This document shows, one piece after another, positions 37,323-48,034 of a stretch of 64,000 bases of DNA (positions are counted from its first letter, which is position 1; each line of letters opens with the position of its first letter). The DNA comes from a virus. Lineage: Duplodnaviria > Heunggongvirae > Uroviricota > Caudoviricetes. Under the pieces are notes generated by a model that was not told the origin of the DNA, did not search any database, and saw only the letters and a list, made by a program, of their open reading frames with translations. The DNA is taken from IMG/VR virus record IMGVR_UViG_3300046359_000179, positions 11,944 to 75,943 of that record; one strand, given 5' to 3'. Both the position numbers and the translations under genes were made by a program.

Positions 37323-38568
37323 CCTCTGCCCAATCATAGGCGTAAACCACGCTTTGCCATTCGGTATTGGTTCCATCCCGGTAGTCGATTGTTACAAAAT
37401 AATCGCCACTGATAGAAACCCCCAAACCAAACTGCTCAGTGTAATTGGGGGCTGGAGGCCCGATTATAGTGTCGTTTAGAATCCAATTAGTTCCAGCCCT
37501 GATATAACAGTAAACTGCGCCGCGATACTCGCCTCCAGCGTCATCTCCATAGGCACTAATGATTAATCTGTCAGGAGATAAATCCATAAACTCCCCGAAC
37601 CACGCCCACGGGGATGGATGCGGATTTTCTATACTTGCTTCAAGCACCCAAGAATTTTGCGTCAATCTATAAATTGCTGCGGACCCAGAATTATCTAAAG
37701 AGTTTTCGACACCAAATGGCCACCCAACGCAAATAGCCCCAGCTGACATGGAAACGGCAACCATTATTTGCATCCATTGATAATTGTAAGGATGTGGTGA
37801 AGTAATCGTTTGGTGCAAAATCCAAGAACCGTTTTCAAACTTGTATATTTTTACAACCGGAGTTTCACTATAAACTTGGCCATTTGCTAATGAAGACGGA
37901 TGATTAAGCCCGCCAACAACAATAAAGCCGCCATCTGAGGAAATTGATTTCGGGTTAAATGTTGTTCCGCTTTCATCCGAAATCATGATCGTGTTCGATA
38001 ATGACCAGCTCGCACCAGTTCTGGAGTAATGAAAAATACAGGTTGCTGAAGCATCAAAAAGATCTAAAGACCCAAGAACCACTAGCGAATTTTCTAGTAA
38101 GCTCATTTCCGCGAAATAAGTCGAGTTTGGGTAATTTACTGGGGGCTTAATAGATTGTAATAATCCCCATGTCGGTAAAGTCCTGTCAAACATATGAATG
38201 GCTCGATTAATTGCATCCCCTCCCTGAGATGAAGAATAGATTGCGGCCTGATTGGAATTCAAATTTACGGTTGTTCCAAAGCCTACACGAAAAGCAATAA
38301 CTGGAGGCGGAATCTCTTGATCCAGTGTCCAAGTTCCAGCAACATTTTTATATGCGAACGCCATTCCCGTGTCTTGTGCACCCGTATCATTAAAAGCATT
38401 ACCAATTAGTAGCGTATCGCCAAATACATCAATATGAGTTGCAAATCTATTTTGGAAATTTGTCCCATATGGATTAGTAATTTTGGCGTTAAAATTCCAC
38501 TGCATTGGAACGTTCTTAAAGAAGTAAGAATTTATAAACATTTTTCCCTTTATTGCCAAATTTCCCAA
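37315..38568 (-). CDS. fibre / adhesin protein with FG-GAP-like beta-propeller repeats
   Basis: N-terminus MFINSYFFKN shared with ORF 44140..46356; repeats ending GSAAIY, GAVYCY. Confidence 0.5.
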   Translation of the reverse strand: MGNLAIKGKMFINSYFFKNVPMQWNFNAKITNPYGTNFQNRFATHIDVFGDTLLIGNAFNDTGAQDTGMAFAYKNVAGTWTLDQEIPPPVIAFRVGFGTTVNLNSNQAAIYSSSQGGDAINRAIHMFDRTLPTWGLLQSIKPPVNYPNSTYFAEMSLLENSLVVLGSLDLFDASATCIFHYSRTGASWSLSNTIMISDESGTTFNPKSISSDGGFIVVGGLNHPSSLANGQVYSETPVVKIYKFENGSWILHQTITSPHPYNYQWMQIMVAVSMSAGAICVGWPFGVENSLDNSGSAAIYRLTQNSWVLEASIENPHPSPWAWFGEFMDLSPDRLIISAYGDDAGGEYRGAVYCYIRAGTNWILNDTIIGPPAPNYTEQFGLGVSISGDYFVTIDYRDGTNTEWQSVVYAYDWAEAT

Positions 38569-39317
38569 GCAACTGTACCCTCCGCAGATTCCCCTCCATA
38601 TGCACCTATTGTCATAATATAGTCCCCAGAAATAGGTACAGCATATTCGATGTAACTCGCCAGATTTTCATAGTCATCATTCGCCTGAACTTCCGTTCCA
38701 TCTGGCGCAATTAGGCGGATGTAAGTGTCTCCAGTTGCTGAAGCCGAAGGTAAATTACATGTTCCAAACTTAATACTCTGATCAACTATTAAACTGACAC
38801 TAATATCGAGTGTATTGACAGTTGCATTTTGCGTATTCGTCACGTTAAAGTTCTGGGAAGATGCCGAGACCTGGGTGAGAACTGGGGGAGGTTGGGGAGG
38901 TGCTCCGTTCGGATCGATATATTCAACGGTGTATTGTAGATATTCTCCCCCAACGACATACAAAAAGTATTCAATATGCTTTGATCCAATACCGCTCGAA
39001 AATATCTTGAAATCCCCTGGTCCGCTAATGTAAACTTCCCATTGTCCAAATCCAGGATCCGTTATAGTAATATACGCCACATCAGTTTCATAATACGGCG
39101 TGGTCTCGCTGCTGGAAACCTCATGACTAATATAACCTCCGTCTTGATCTCTGGTCACAATGCGCCTGTAAACGGCGAAGTTAGACCCAGAATAATCCCC
39201 CGGATCCCAATAAGAATCCCCAGTTTCACTTCCTGAATAAAATTGAGGCGGCGTTGGGCTAAACCACCATTCTTCTGAAGTAGTTGTTGCGGCTAGAAAA
39301 TAATAAGAGTTGATCAT
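38550..39317 (-). CDS. structural / fibre-associated protein
   Basis: MINSYYF... N-terminus; Gly/Tyr/Ser/Thr-rich. Confidence 0.4.
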   Translation of the reverse strand: MINSYYFLAATTTSEEWWFSPTPPQFYSGSETGDSYWDPGDYSGSNFAVYRRIVTRDQDGGYISHEVSSSETTPYYETDVAYITITDPGFGQWEVYISGPGDFKIFSSGIGSKHIEYFLYVVGGEYLQYTVEYIDPNGAPPQPPPVLTQVSASSQNFNVTNTQNATVNTLDISVSLIVDQSIKFGTCNLPSASATGDTYIRLIAPDGTEVQANDDYENLASYIEYAVPISGDYIMTIGAYGGESAEGTVAWEIWQ

Positions 39318-39755
39318 TTACGGAGCACCTATAGTAGGAGTAATACCAGTGGCAATCACGCCATTGTAATTTCCAGTATGGTCGAATGCGGTTATGTAAA
39401 AAACGCCATTGGAAATATAGTCAAAGCTATAAACTCCAGTTACCTCATCGCTCCAAGTTTCCTGCACGACTTCGCCGCTATTCTGATCATGTAGGCGAAC
39501 CCGTCTACCAACAGGCAAATTACTAGGTGACGATTTATTTTTTGTCGTACCTGTAATTTTGTATTGTCCTGCCCATCTTCCGTTTACTGGTAATACCGGC
39601 AGTTCAATAATATGCGCATAGCTTATATTTGAGTTGCCAATATTAAAAGGGGCTGGTTCTGCGAACCCTGATGTTAATGCGGAGGAAACGTAACCGGCAA
39701 GAGTTCTTCCTGTAGATAGGCTGGTGCTTGGCGGATCGATCATAATTTCGCTCAT
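39318..39755 (-). CDS. structural protein
   Basis: ORF within the fibre block. Confidence 0.4.
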   Translation of the reverse strand: MSEIMIDPPSTSLSTGRTLAGYVSSALTSGFAEPAPFNIGNSNISYAHIIELPVLPVNGRWAGQYKITGTTKNKSSPSNLPVGRRVRLHDQNSGEVVQETWSDEVTGVYSFDYISNGVFYITAFDHTGNYNGVIATGITPTIGAP

Positions 39756-39759
39756 GATT

Positions 39760-40935
39760 TTACCAAGGACCGGTTATATCAAAGAATACTACACCTGCAG
39801 ATACTGTTTGCGCAGATCCGCCGCATTTTACGGCCAACAATTGACGGCCAGCTAAGTCTCCAGATCCTTCAATTATGTTGTTTCTTGTAAAAGATGCATG
39901 ACAGTTTTGTGGCGTTACATACATTCCTCTTGTCGTCCCGCGATAACAAATATTGATTTCGCCGACATTTTTTCTTGAAAGCATCAAACCATTGTTTGGA
40001 CCATTTGGGTAAGTGGTTACTGTACCATATCCGCCTCCTGATGCGATGTTTGCATTGACTACATAGGTTTCTGGCGAGTGAAACCCAGCAATCGGTCCAC
40101 CTATTCCGGTGAAAGAGCGGGGGAAATAACTTCTGGACCCCGTTCCAGCTGCGCAATATTCCAAAGATGCGTTGTTCGTGGTCGTTGCAGCAGCATCAGT
40201 TGATATGGGACAATTTAAAAAGGCGCCATAAGCATCAGCAGTTTTATAACTTGAAAAATCCCCAAATCCCCAAATGCTACCGGCAAGACTGTTTGCATTT
40301 GCTGTACCGGTATTGAAATAAACGGTCCTATCATCGGCAATTACTGTCCATGATTTAGCTGCCGAAGTCGCAGCGTTACTCTTTGGCCAGAAACCGCCAC
40401 CGGAGATTTGTGATGCATCGGGGAACACGCCAGTACCTGTATCAACGTCGCCCATAACTTCATAGCCAACAACCCGAGCATCAACGCCTACGCTATCATC
40501 AACTCGCAAAAACATTCGAGTGCCACCGGAAGTAACAGGTGCACGATAAACAGCTTTGTTGGTTCCCGTGAATGTTTTAGCCCAACCTGATGGTGCAAGT
40601 TTCACGGTGATCGAACCCGTTGCTGCACCGTCTGCAACCCCGGTGGCAAGGAAGGTTACGGTCGTTGCTGAACGAGTCAAAACACGTTTACGACCATTCA
40701 GACCGACAGGCGTTGCGCCATCCACAAGAACGATCTGGCTCAGGTCAAACACATGTGCCAGAGGGGTTGTGACCGTCGCAATGCCTGAAGCAACTGTGAT
40801 GGCGGCGGTTTGTGAACCCCAACCGTCAACAAGACAGCCGTCAAGAACCGAGATGAGGCTTCCAGCTAAACCAGTTAGAACTGGAGATCCGGCCTGAAGA
40901 TTGTGGAAATAATTAGGAGAAGCGGTAGTTAGCAT
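39760..40935 (-). CDS. fibre-like structural protein
   Basis: Gly/Thr/Ala-rich, 391 aa. Confidence 0.45.
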   Translation of the reverse strand: MLTTASPNYFHNLQAGSPVLTGLAGSLISVLDGCLVDGWGSQTAAITVASGIATVTTPLAHVFDLSQIVLVDGATPVGLNGRKRVLTRSATTVTFLATGVADGAATGSITVKLAPSGWAKTFTGTNKAVYRAPVTSGGTRMFLRVDDSVGVDARVVGYEVMGDVDTGTGVFPDASQISGGGFWPKSNAATSAAKSWTVIADDRTVYFNTGTANANSLAGSIWGFGDFSSYKTADAYGAFLNCPISTDAAATTTNNASLEYCAAGTGSRSYFPRSFTGIGGPIAGFHSPETYVVNANIASGGGYGTVTTYPNGPNNGLMLSRKNVGEINICYRGTTRGMYVTPQNCHASFTRNNIIEGSGDLAGRQLLAVKCGGSAQTVSAGVVFFDITGPW

Positions 40936-41085
40936 AGGTTTCCTTAGATTTGATTTTCAAAGACGAGGTCTGTGGTTGTTAATGAAGCCAGTTGTTCGAA
41001 GACAAGTTCATTTCCTGAAAGTGGCGCAGGCTGTTGAGCGCTTTCATACATTAAACAGATGAGTAAAATTCGAAGCGGTAACATT

Positions 41086-44000
41086 TTAGCTCCCGGTTAC
41101 GGTATACCCAAAAGCTGTACTTGTTCTTCGCACTATAGCAAACATCGGGTTGGTTGTAGAAGCGCGAGTCAGGGTCGTAGTCGCACCGTTCAAGGTGACT
41201 GAACCAGCAACCGCAACAGAAGTAGTTCCTGCTGTCACCATGACAGCGCAACCAAATTGGGCAGGTAAGGCTTCTGGTACCGTCAAGACTACGCCATCCG
41301 CAGTGATTTCAAGAATGTCGCCATCATCAGCTGCGGTCAAAGCTCTTGACACCGAAACCAAAGTAACGTTTGTCACTGGTAAATTGTCAAGCCTGTCATT
41401 GATAGTAATAATGTCAGCTGAAGCAATCGCGGCAGAACCTTCTACTACCCCAACACGTGTCGTGAGCGCAGTAAGATCATCTACGATAAGGTCACGAGTA
41501 TCATCAACATACGTAATGGTATTTGCATCAGCTAATTGCAAACTTGCTTGAGTTGTTGCAACTAAAGTATTCACAGCAGTAAATCGCGTGTCAATTTGAC
41601 TCTGCATTGAAATAAATGCTGCATCAGTAGTAGCTTGACTTGCGCGAGTAGTATCAGTCGGGTGGACGTGATCGCCTCTAGCCCAAGTAACCCCAACACC
41701 CGGTAAAGCGGTTCCATCTTGCAGGGGAAGCGTATCGGATGCTAAAGCCTCTGTAGATGAGACTGAGCCGAATTGAACCAGAAATGTAGCTTTAAGACCG
41801 ATTAGGTTCCCAGCGCCAATATTCAAAACCGAGATAACGATCAGGTCATCTGGCTGTAATGAAGAAATCTGAAGATCGGCAGAAAGTTTCTTAGCTGAAA
41901 AAGTTCCTGATACTATAGTTGCCGGAACTCCGCCGACAAATAAGTTGGATCCGTTAACAGTGATGCCAATGGTCGCATCTGCTGTGAGTGCTGAAGAAGT
42001 TGCAATGTTAATTTGAACTTCTTGTAGCACTCCAGCTCGAGGCATTCTGAAATTAACACGTTCACCTATTGCAGCGATTGGCGTAGTTTCATCTGAACCA
42101 GCAACAATGATAGGAACAACCAATGCGCCACCTGCAGAACCAAGTGCTGCCAACGCTGCGCTTAAGCCGGTCACTTCAGAAATCGCGTGCGCATGAACAG
42201 CATCCGCTTTGGCAGCTAGCGCTGTCGTTACAGTTGCAGAATCAGCTTTGTCAGCAAGTGCAGTGGTCAAACCAGTGACTTCAGAGATTGCATGCACATG
42301 GACCACATCTGCTTTATCTGCAAGGGCATCTGTTAGCCCTGTTACTCCAGCTATAGTATGCACATGAACTGCATCTGCCTTGTCAGCTAGGGCGTCTACT
42401 AAACCAGTGACGCCAGAGATTGCATGTGCATGGACAATATCCGCTTTATCTGCAAGTGCAGTAGTCAAACCGGTGACCTCAGAGATAGCATGGGCATGAA
42501 CCACATCTGCTTTGGTAGCTAAAGCTGTCACTACATCAGCTGTGCTGGCTTTATCTGCAAGTGCAGCGGTTAAGCCTGTCACTTCAGAGATTGCATGTGC
42601 ATGGACGACATCGGCCTTATCTGCCAAGGCGTCAGTTAAACCAGTGACACCAGAGATGGCATGCACGTGTGCTACATCTGCCTTACCGACTAAGGCGGTA
42701 GATAAACCAGCAACATCGGTAATAACGTGACCATGACCGACATCAGATTTCGTTGCTAAGGAAGCAGTGACTGTTGCACTATCCGCTTTGGCAGTTATTT
42801 CTGTTTGGAGCGCCGTTACATTGCCCACTACAGTTGTCAACCCTGCAACATCAGTGATAACATGGGAATGAGCCATGTCTGCTTTACCGGCTAACGCAGT
42901 AGATAGCCCAGAAACGTTTGTGATTGCATGGACATGTGTAACATCAGCTTTACTTGCTAAAGAACCTTCAAGTGAAGAAATTCTAAGCATATCAGCTGCA
43001 TGCATATAACCATCTTCACCAATGGTGGCTCGTGGCATTGAAATGGTTTTGATCGCAGTCCCAGTAATCTGAAGCGGAACTTCAGAATTCAAAGTGAAAC
43101 TAGATCCACCGCCGCTATCTGAAACAATTGGGGCAACTACATCAGTTTCCCAATCAAATGTGAGCATAATACTATTAGTCGCGCAAATTACGCCAACGCG
43201 AACATGCTTATAGCCAGCAGGCTTTTGCGTGGTTGCTTGTCCGCTAGCATCACAGTAAATTGAACGGCCGATTTGATTTACTGGCCAGTTCCATGATTCA
43301 TTTACAACTTTCTTTCCCGCTGTTACTAGGGCGACTTGCGTATTAGCAACCGCGCTTGCAGTAACCATGCCTATTGGTGCACGGGTGTTATCATTTGACA
43401 GGTTTAGACCTGAAGCCTTACTAACAAGAGATGAACCTGACAAGTAGACGATATCAAAGGCTGCCAATGGAGTTGCAGCGGTTGCAACCAATTGTGAACC
43501 TTCGAACTTAACTAGAGAACCGGTGTCTACGCTTAAAATCGGGGTTTCGCTTGTTAAAAATTCGCCTGCATTAGATGTTCGTAACGCGTTTCCTAAGCCA
43601 TCTCGTAAAACATAACCAGATGAGAACCCGACGTCAGAACCGACAGCATTGATTCCGACTTGTGTTCCTATAGCTGAAGGAATTAAAATAGAACCTGAAT
43701 TTAGAGTGCCAGCAAATACGACTAGGACTGCTTCCCAAACAGAGCCATTCCATCTTTTTGTTTTATTCGCCGTGACATCAAACCATAGGGTATCAATAAG
43801 CTGGGTTGGCTCAACTGCTGATGTCACGGGAGTCCGCAAAGTAGATTTTCTTACCAAGTCTCCAGTTCTTGAATCTATTTGCCAATAAAGGTAAACCGTG
43901 CTAGTTCCAGAAAATGGACCCCAAGCATTAACAACTGAACGCGTTTCACTAATTGTATAGTTAGCAGTTCCACTGGCAATCGTTGCAAGAATTGACGCAC

Positions 44001-44091
44001 CGTTAATGACTATATCAACCCCGCCTAAATCATTTTTCTGAAGTGAATTCGTTGGAAGAGCAACTACACCTTGTCTGAATCTAATGTCCAT
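41086..44091 (-). CDS. large fibre protein with tandem HxH repeats
   Basis: ~10 repeats of KADxVHxHAISxVTGLTxALAD; 1001 aa. Confidence 0.6.
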   Translation of the reverse strand: MDIRFRQGVVALPTNSLQKNDLGGVDIVINGASILATIASGTANYTISETRSVVNAWGPFSGTSTVYLYWQIDSRTGDLVRKSTLRTPVTSAVEPTQLIDTLWFDVTANKTKRWNGSVWEAVLVVFAGTLNSGSILIPSAIGTQVGINAVGSDVGFSSGYVLRDGLGNALRTSNAGEFLTSETPILSVDTGSLVKFEGSQLVATAATPLAAFDIVYLSGSSLVSKASGLNLSNDNTRAPIGMVTASAVANTQVALVTAGKKVVNESWNWPVNQIGRSIYCDASGQATTQKPAGYKHVRVGVICATNSIMLTFDWETDVVAPIVSDSGGGSSFTLNSEVPLQITGTAIKTISMPRATIGEDGYMHAADMLRISSLEGSLASKADVTHVHAITNVSGLSTALAGKADMAHSHVITDVAGLTTVVGNVTALQTEITAKADSATVTASLATKSDVGHGHVITDVAGLSTALVGKADVAHVHAISGVTGLTDALADKADVVHAHAISEVTGLTAALADKASTADVVTALATKADVVHAHAISEVTGLTTALADKADIVHAHAISGVTGLVDALADKADAVHVHTIAGVTGLTDALADKADVVHVHAISEVTGLTTALADKADSATVTTALAAKADAVHAHAISEVTGLSAALAALGSAGGALVVPIIVAGSDETTPIAAIGERVNFRMPRAGVLQEVQINIATSSALTADATIGITVNGSNLFVGGVPATIVSGTFSAKKLSADLQISSLQPDDLIVISVLNIGAGNLIGLKATFLVQFGSVSSTEALASDTLPLQDGTALPGVGVTWARGDHVHPTDTTRASQATTDAAFISMQSQIDTRFTAVNTLVATTQASLQLADANTITYVDDTRDLIVDDLTALTTRVGVVEGSAAIASADIITINDRLDNLPVTNVTLVSVSRALTAADDGDILEITADGVVLTVPEALPAQFGCAVMVTAGTTSVAVAGSVTLNGATTTLTRASTTNPMFAIVRRTSTAFGYTVTGS
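42170..42985 (-). repeat. ~66-bp DNA tandem repeats encoding the 22-aa HxH units
   Basis: Repeated tgcatg..gtgacttcagagattgc.. units visible in the sequence. Confidence 0.6.
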
Positions 44092-44139
44092 TTTTATCCC
44101 CTAATAGGTTGAAAAGCTTTGCGTATTTATGCATGATGT

Positions 44140-46356
44140 TTAATTATGTTTAAAAACTTCTACTGCTCCAGTCCATATGCCAATAGGGTTTTGAAGATAT
44201 TCAGAGGATATAGCAATATTATTAGCGTTCAAAGACATTCTGTAGCCAAATTCATTAAGTTCTCCGACCGTAGAAGAAGCAAATCTTTGTGTGCATGACC
44301 ATCCGTTTACATTTTTCTTGAAGATAAACACCGCACCTGCCCATGGCCGATCAAATACTGCCCATGATGATGAAGTTGCAACCGTTTGTCCATCCGGAGA
44401 AATAGCTAATCCATACCCGAAGTAATCAGATGGCCCAAGGCCAGAAGAAAGTACTGCTTGTTGCATCCATGATGTTCCGGTTCGTGCAAAAACGTATGCA
44501 AGTCCTTTAGGCGCCTCAGCAGCAACTAAAGTGTTGCCATCAGCTGATAAGTCTAAATTATTTCTCCCGAACCAAGCGTTGGAACTGTACAGCGTAGTAT
44601 TTAATTCTGCTTGATGGGTCCAAGAGGTTCCGTCCCAGGAAAATATTTGAACTCGGCCTGCATTGCTGGCCACTCCAACCGACCTAAATGGCGAAGAAAC
44701 CGCTATGGTACTTCCGTCTGCAGAAATTTTAGCAGTATCACCATAACGTTGATTTGTTGCGAAGTTCGGAGGAACCAAATCGGCTTGCTTAGACCAGACT
44801 GAACCAGTTTTGACAAAAACTTCTGCAGCAGTACCTAAAGAAGTTACCACGAGTGTTCTTCCATCTGCTGATAAGGAATGTGAAAAACCGAATCTTTTAG
44901 AATTAGCAGGGGTCTGCGAAGTTAAGGTAACATTTTTAACGTAGTTTGCACCAACACGATCGAAAAGGGTGACTGCTCCAGAGTTTAAAAAGCCAGCATC
45001 TGTAAAATTTGGGTACCCAATAGCAATAACCGACGAGTCGCTTGACATTGAAACTGATGAGCCAAAGTATCCATTTACCTGAGAAGTATCTGGGGTTAAC
45101 ATCTGCGTTCTTTCCCAAGAGCTTCCCGTTTTCATAAAAACGAAAGCTGCACCAGCGCCGCCAACTCCCCCGACTGTAGTTCCTCTTCCAGCTGCAACAA
45201 TGACTGAAGAATCTGCTGAAATGACAGGTGAACTGAAATACGTGTTAGCCCCCGTAATTTGGAAGTCTAGCTGCTGTTTGAAATCAAATTTTTGCGGAGC
45301 TTGTGCTGAATACGTTGAAATTAAAAAGCTATCGCTGCTAGCAGAGGAGGAAGGAATGAACGTGTAGTCAGAAGCCAAATCACTCTTAGTGGTTGCAAAA
45401 ATAATAAATTTGTTTTGGCTTGCAACTACAACTCCACCATATGGCACAGGATTTCCGGGGAATAATTCAGCTTGCCAATTTGTTCCATTAGCAGAAGATG
45501 CCGCAAAGTTTGTATCAGTTAGCGTCGAGAAGTATTTTCCATTACTGTACTCGATATTTGCCCAGTCTGCATCAGCGGGCATATTAGACAGAGTCCAGTT
45601 TACGCCATCAGTTGATACCGCGCCAGGACGGTAATTAGCCGTGACTGCTACAAACTTGCCATCGCCAAATGTTACAGATGCCCATGTTTGATACTCGTTA
45701 AACCAATCAGGGTCGCCTTTCGGCATAACGCTTTGGGCCCAATTTATTCCATCAGTAGAGCTGAATGAAATTCCCGGAACATCTGCGGTTGCAGGCCCCT
45801 GAATTACAGTGGTTATGGCCACAAATTTACCATTGCCAAAAGCAATATCGCTGACATCACCAAAAGCCGCTTGTGGCGTAACTGGCAGAACCCCTACCGA
45901 CCAGCTGAAACCATCAGTGGACACAGCAGAGATATGACGTTCAGCTCCGCCTTGTTCTTTACCGATCGCTATGAATTTTCCATCTGCAAAAGTGAGTGCA
46001 TACCACCTGCTAATAGGATTTAAACTGACAGGAGCCAAAGGCATAACAGTTTCGAACCATATCTCACCATTCGTGCTGTATGCCAAATTATTAGATGGCA
46101 TCGTCAATGCAATGTATTTTCCGTTACCGTATGCAATTGACCACCATCGCTGCGGCGCCTGTATCGAAGGCAGTTGATGTTCTGTCCAAGAAAGCCCGTC
46201 TGAAGATTTTAGCGCATAACCCTCTTCAGTAAGCGCAATAAAGTCGGTGCCATATACCGCAGCAGTAACAGTCTTTGCGCTTGGTAGGGTTCCTTGTTGC
46301 CAATAATCCCACTGAAGCGATTGCAGGTTTTTAAAAAAATATGAATTAATAAACAT
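44140..46356 (-). CDS. fibre / adhesin with two beta-propeller repeat arrays (GxGKF[VI]A and FG-GAP)
   Basis: Repeats AFGNGKFVAIT, TFGDGKFVAVT, YGNGKYIALT; then YFGSSVSMSSDSSVIAIGYP, RFGFSHSLSADGRTLVVTS and similar. Confidence 0.55.
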   Translation of the reverse strand: MFINSYFFKNLQSLQWDYWQQGTLPSAKTVTAAVYGTDFIALTEEGYALKSSDGLSWTEHQLPSIQAPQRWWSIAYGNGKYIALTMPSNNLAYSTNGEIWFETVMPLAPVSLNPISRWYALTFADGKFIAIGKEQGGAERHISAVSTDGFSWSVGVLPVTPQAAFGDVSDIAFGNGKFVAITTVIQGPATADVPGISFSSTDGINWAQSVMPKGDPDWFNEYQTWASVTFGDGKFVAVTANYRPGAVSTDGVNWTLSNMPADADWANIEYSNGKYFSTLTDTNFAASSANGTNWQAELFPGNPVPYGGVVVASQNKFIIFATTKSDLASDYTFIPSSSASSDSFLISTYSAQAPQKFDFKQQLDFQITGANTYFSSPVISADSSVIVAAGRGTTVGGVGGAGAAFVFMKTGSSWERTQMLTPDTSQVNGYFGSSVSMSSDSSVIAIGYPNFTDAGFLNSGAVTLFDRVGANYVKNVTLTSQTPANSKRFGFSHSLSADGRTLVVTSLGTAAEVFVKTGSVWSKQADLVPPNFATNQRYGDTAKISADGSTIAVSSPFRSVGVASNAGRVQIFSWDGTSWTHQAELNTTLYSSNAWFGRNNLDLSADGNTLVAAEAPKGLAYVFARTGTSWMQQAVLSSGLGPSDYFGYGLAISPDGQTVATSSSWAVFDRPWAGAVFIFKKNVNGWSCTQRFASSTVGELNEFGYRMSLNANNIAISSEYLQNPIGIWTGAVEVFKHN

Positions 46357-46421
46357 TTCGGCCTTACATGTTGAGTCGCAATTTTAAACGTGTTCTCACT
46401 ACTATAGATGTTTTCAATTTA

Positions 46422-46844
46422 TCACCTTGCGCCCTTGATAAAAATCTGCTTTTCACTATCAGTTCCTTTCAAAGAAACCTGCCAATTTGGCAACCATCTT
46501 TTAAACATATGGATATACAGCTTTATTCGATTACCGCCTTCAGCAATCATAGTAAATTCACCTGCGCCCTTTTGAATAAGCAGTTCCATCATTTGCTTTA
46601 CAAAGGAGAAGACTTTTTCTGGATTACCCGCTTTAGTCAACTTGTAGCCTATGTTGCCATTTTCTTCCTCATTACCGAAGCTCACATCCCAGGCATTATG
46701 TTTTCTAGCCGCATTTAGGGGTTTACGAACGGCATCAAAAATAATAGTTAGTCCATTGATTTCTGCTTTGGCCATAAAAGACTTTTCACCATTATGGACT
46801 ATAGTGTATGGGACTTTACTGGATAGGATTTCAAATAATTTCAC
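46422..46844 (-). CDS. hypothetical protein, paralog family C
   Basis: Homolog of ORF 8693..9040. Confidence 0.45.
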   Translation of the reverse strand: MKLFEILSSKVPYTIVHNGEKSFMAKAEINGLTIIFDAVRKPLNAARKHNAWDVSFGNEEENGNIGYKLTKAGNPEKVFSFVKQMMELLIQKGAGEFTMIAEGGNRIKLYIHMFKRWLPNWQVSLKGTDSEKQIFIKGAR

Positions 46845-46874
46845 TTGGCGTTACCCCTAATAGTTTGCGACATT

Positions 46875-47768
46875 TTACGCCTGGAATGACAGAGTCAAAT
46901 TAGTCAAAGTATTTGACTGCCCAGAAACCATTGTGGTGTTTGCAAACAGCGCACCATTCTGCGCTGAAACGGGAGCTTGCAGGGATGTAGCCGGTATTAC
47001 ATCATATGCAGCTTTAGTAACGCGAATGAACGTGGGAGTTCCACTGGCAATTGCGTTTGCAGTTTGGTTTGATATGATGGATGCAGATAACCCAGAAACC
47101 GCAAAAAGCTCATTACTGGTAATTGCTTTGCTCCAGAGTTTAACTCCCGTGGGGGTTGCGCTACTATTAGATGGAATTGCTCCGTCCCAAGCCTCAACTG
47201 TCACGGCTCGGTCGTATACTCCTGAGACAATGCTTATTTTTGAAAACGCTGCCATATGACCGTAACTGTTTCCTAACGTCCCCGCGGTATTACCAGCCCA
47301 GATATTGACAATTTCGTTCGCAACGCTCGGGGAAACGCAGGTATCCCCAAACGCCGCTACACGAAATCGCATATCAGTTAAATTGACCGTTTGTCCATTG
47401 ACCGCGGTAAGTGTGCTCACGATAGCTTTTGCACCCGAGGAAACTAATCCAACGTCGACATCAAGAAAAGGGCTGTTTCCATTGCCGAAATAAAACCTTA
47501 TAAAAGAAACCGTGCCACTGGCAGTTGCAGTGAAACCTACGGAACCTGCTAAAGCGGAAACCCCGTTTGAACTGGAAAGCCACGTTCCTGAAGGTAGAGA
47601 TTTTACTGCGCTCAAGGCCGTTATTCCAGAAGTAATCGTTGGGTCCCCTGGTCTTGTACCTGCAAAAATTTGCGCATAATAAATGCCAGAACCCTGGCCG
47701 GGTGCGGTAGAAGTTAACGCTGTAACTATGGCTCCCCCGGCTAAACCTGTATTAAATGTTGCTCCCAT
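46875..47768 (-). CDS. structural / fibre protein
   Basis: Gly/Thr/Ser-rich, 297 aa. Confidence 0.45.
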   Translation of the reverse strand: MGATFNTGLAGGAIVTALTSTAPGQGSGIYYAQIFAGTRPGDPTITSGITALSAVKSLPSGTWLSSSNGVSALAGSVGFTATASGTVSFIRFYFGNGNSPFLDVDVGLVSSGAKAIVSTLTAVNGQTVNLTDMRFRVAAFGDTCVSPSVANEIVNIWAGNTAGTLGNSYGHMAAFSKISIVSGVYDRAVTVEAWDGAIPSNSSATPTGVKLWSKAITSNELFAVSGLSASIISNQTANAIASGTPTFIRVTKAAYDVIPATSLQAPVSAQNGALFANTTMVSGQSNTLTNLTLSFQA

Positions 47769-48034
47769 GATTATGCTCCTTCTTGCATTACGCAGTTATT
47801 AAAATAAATGATTGGCCAAGGAGCCAAAATGTCGTCTGTAGTTACAGTAGGCCCAAACTGAACGACGGGCCAAGGAGCCAAATCATTATCAGTTGTGACG
47901 GTAGGCCCCATCTGCACTGCGTTATAAGATTGCGTGCTTCCGACCGATACAAATGGAAATGCTTCAGCCAGCGGCTGGCCAAAACTCATGCACCTAATCA
48001 AAACATTTATTGGTAACATAAGTTTCGGCCCTAA

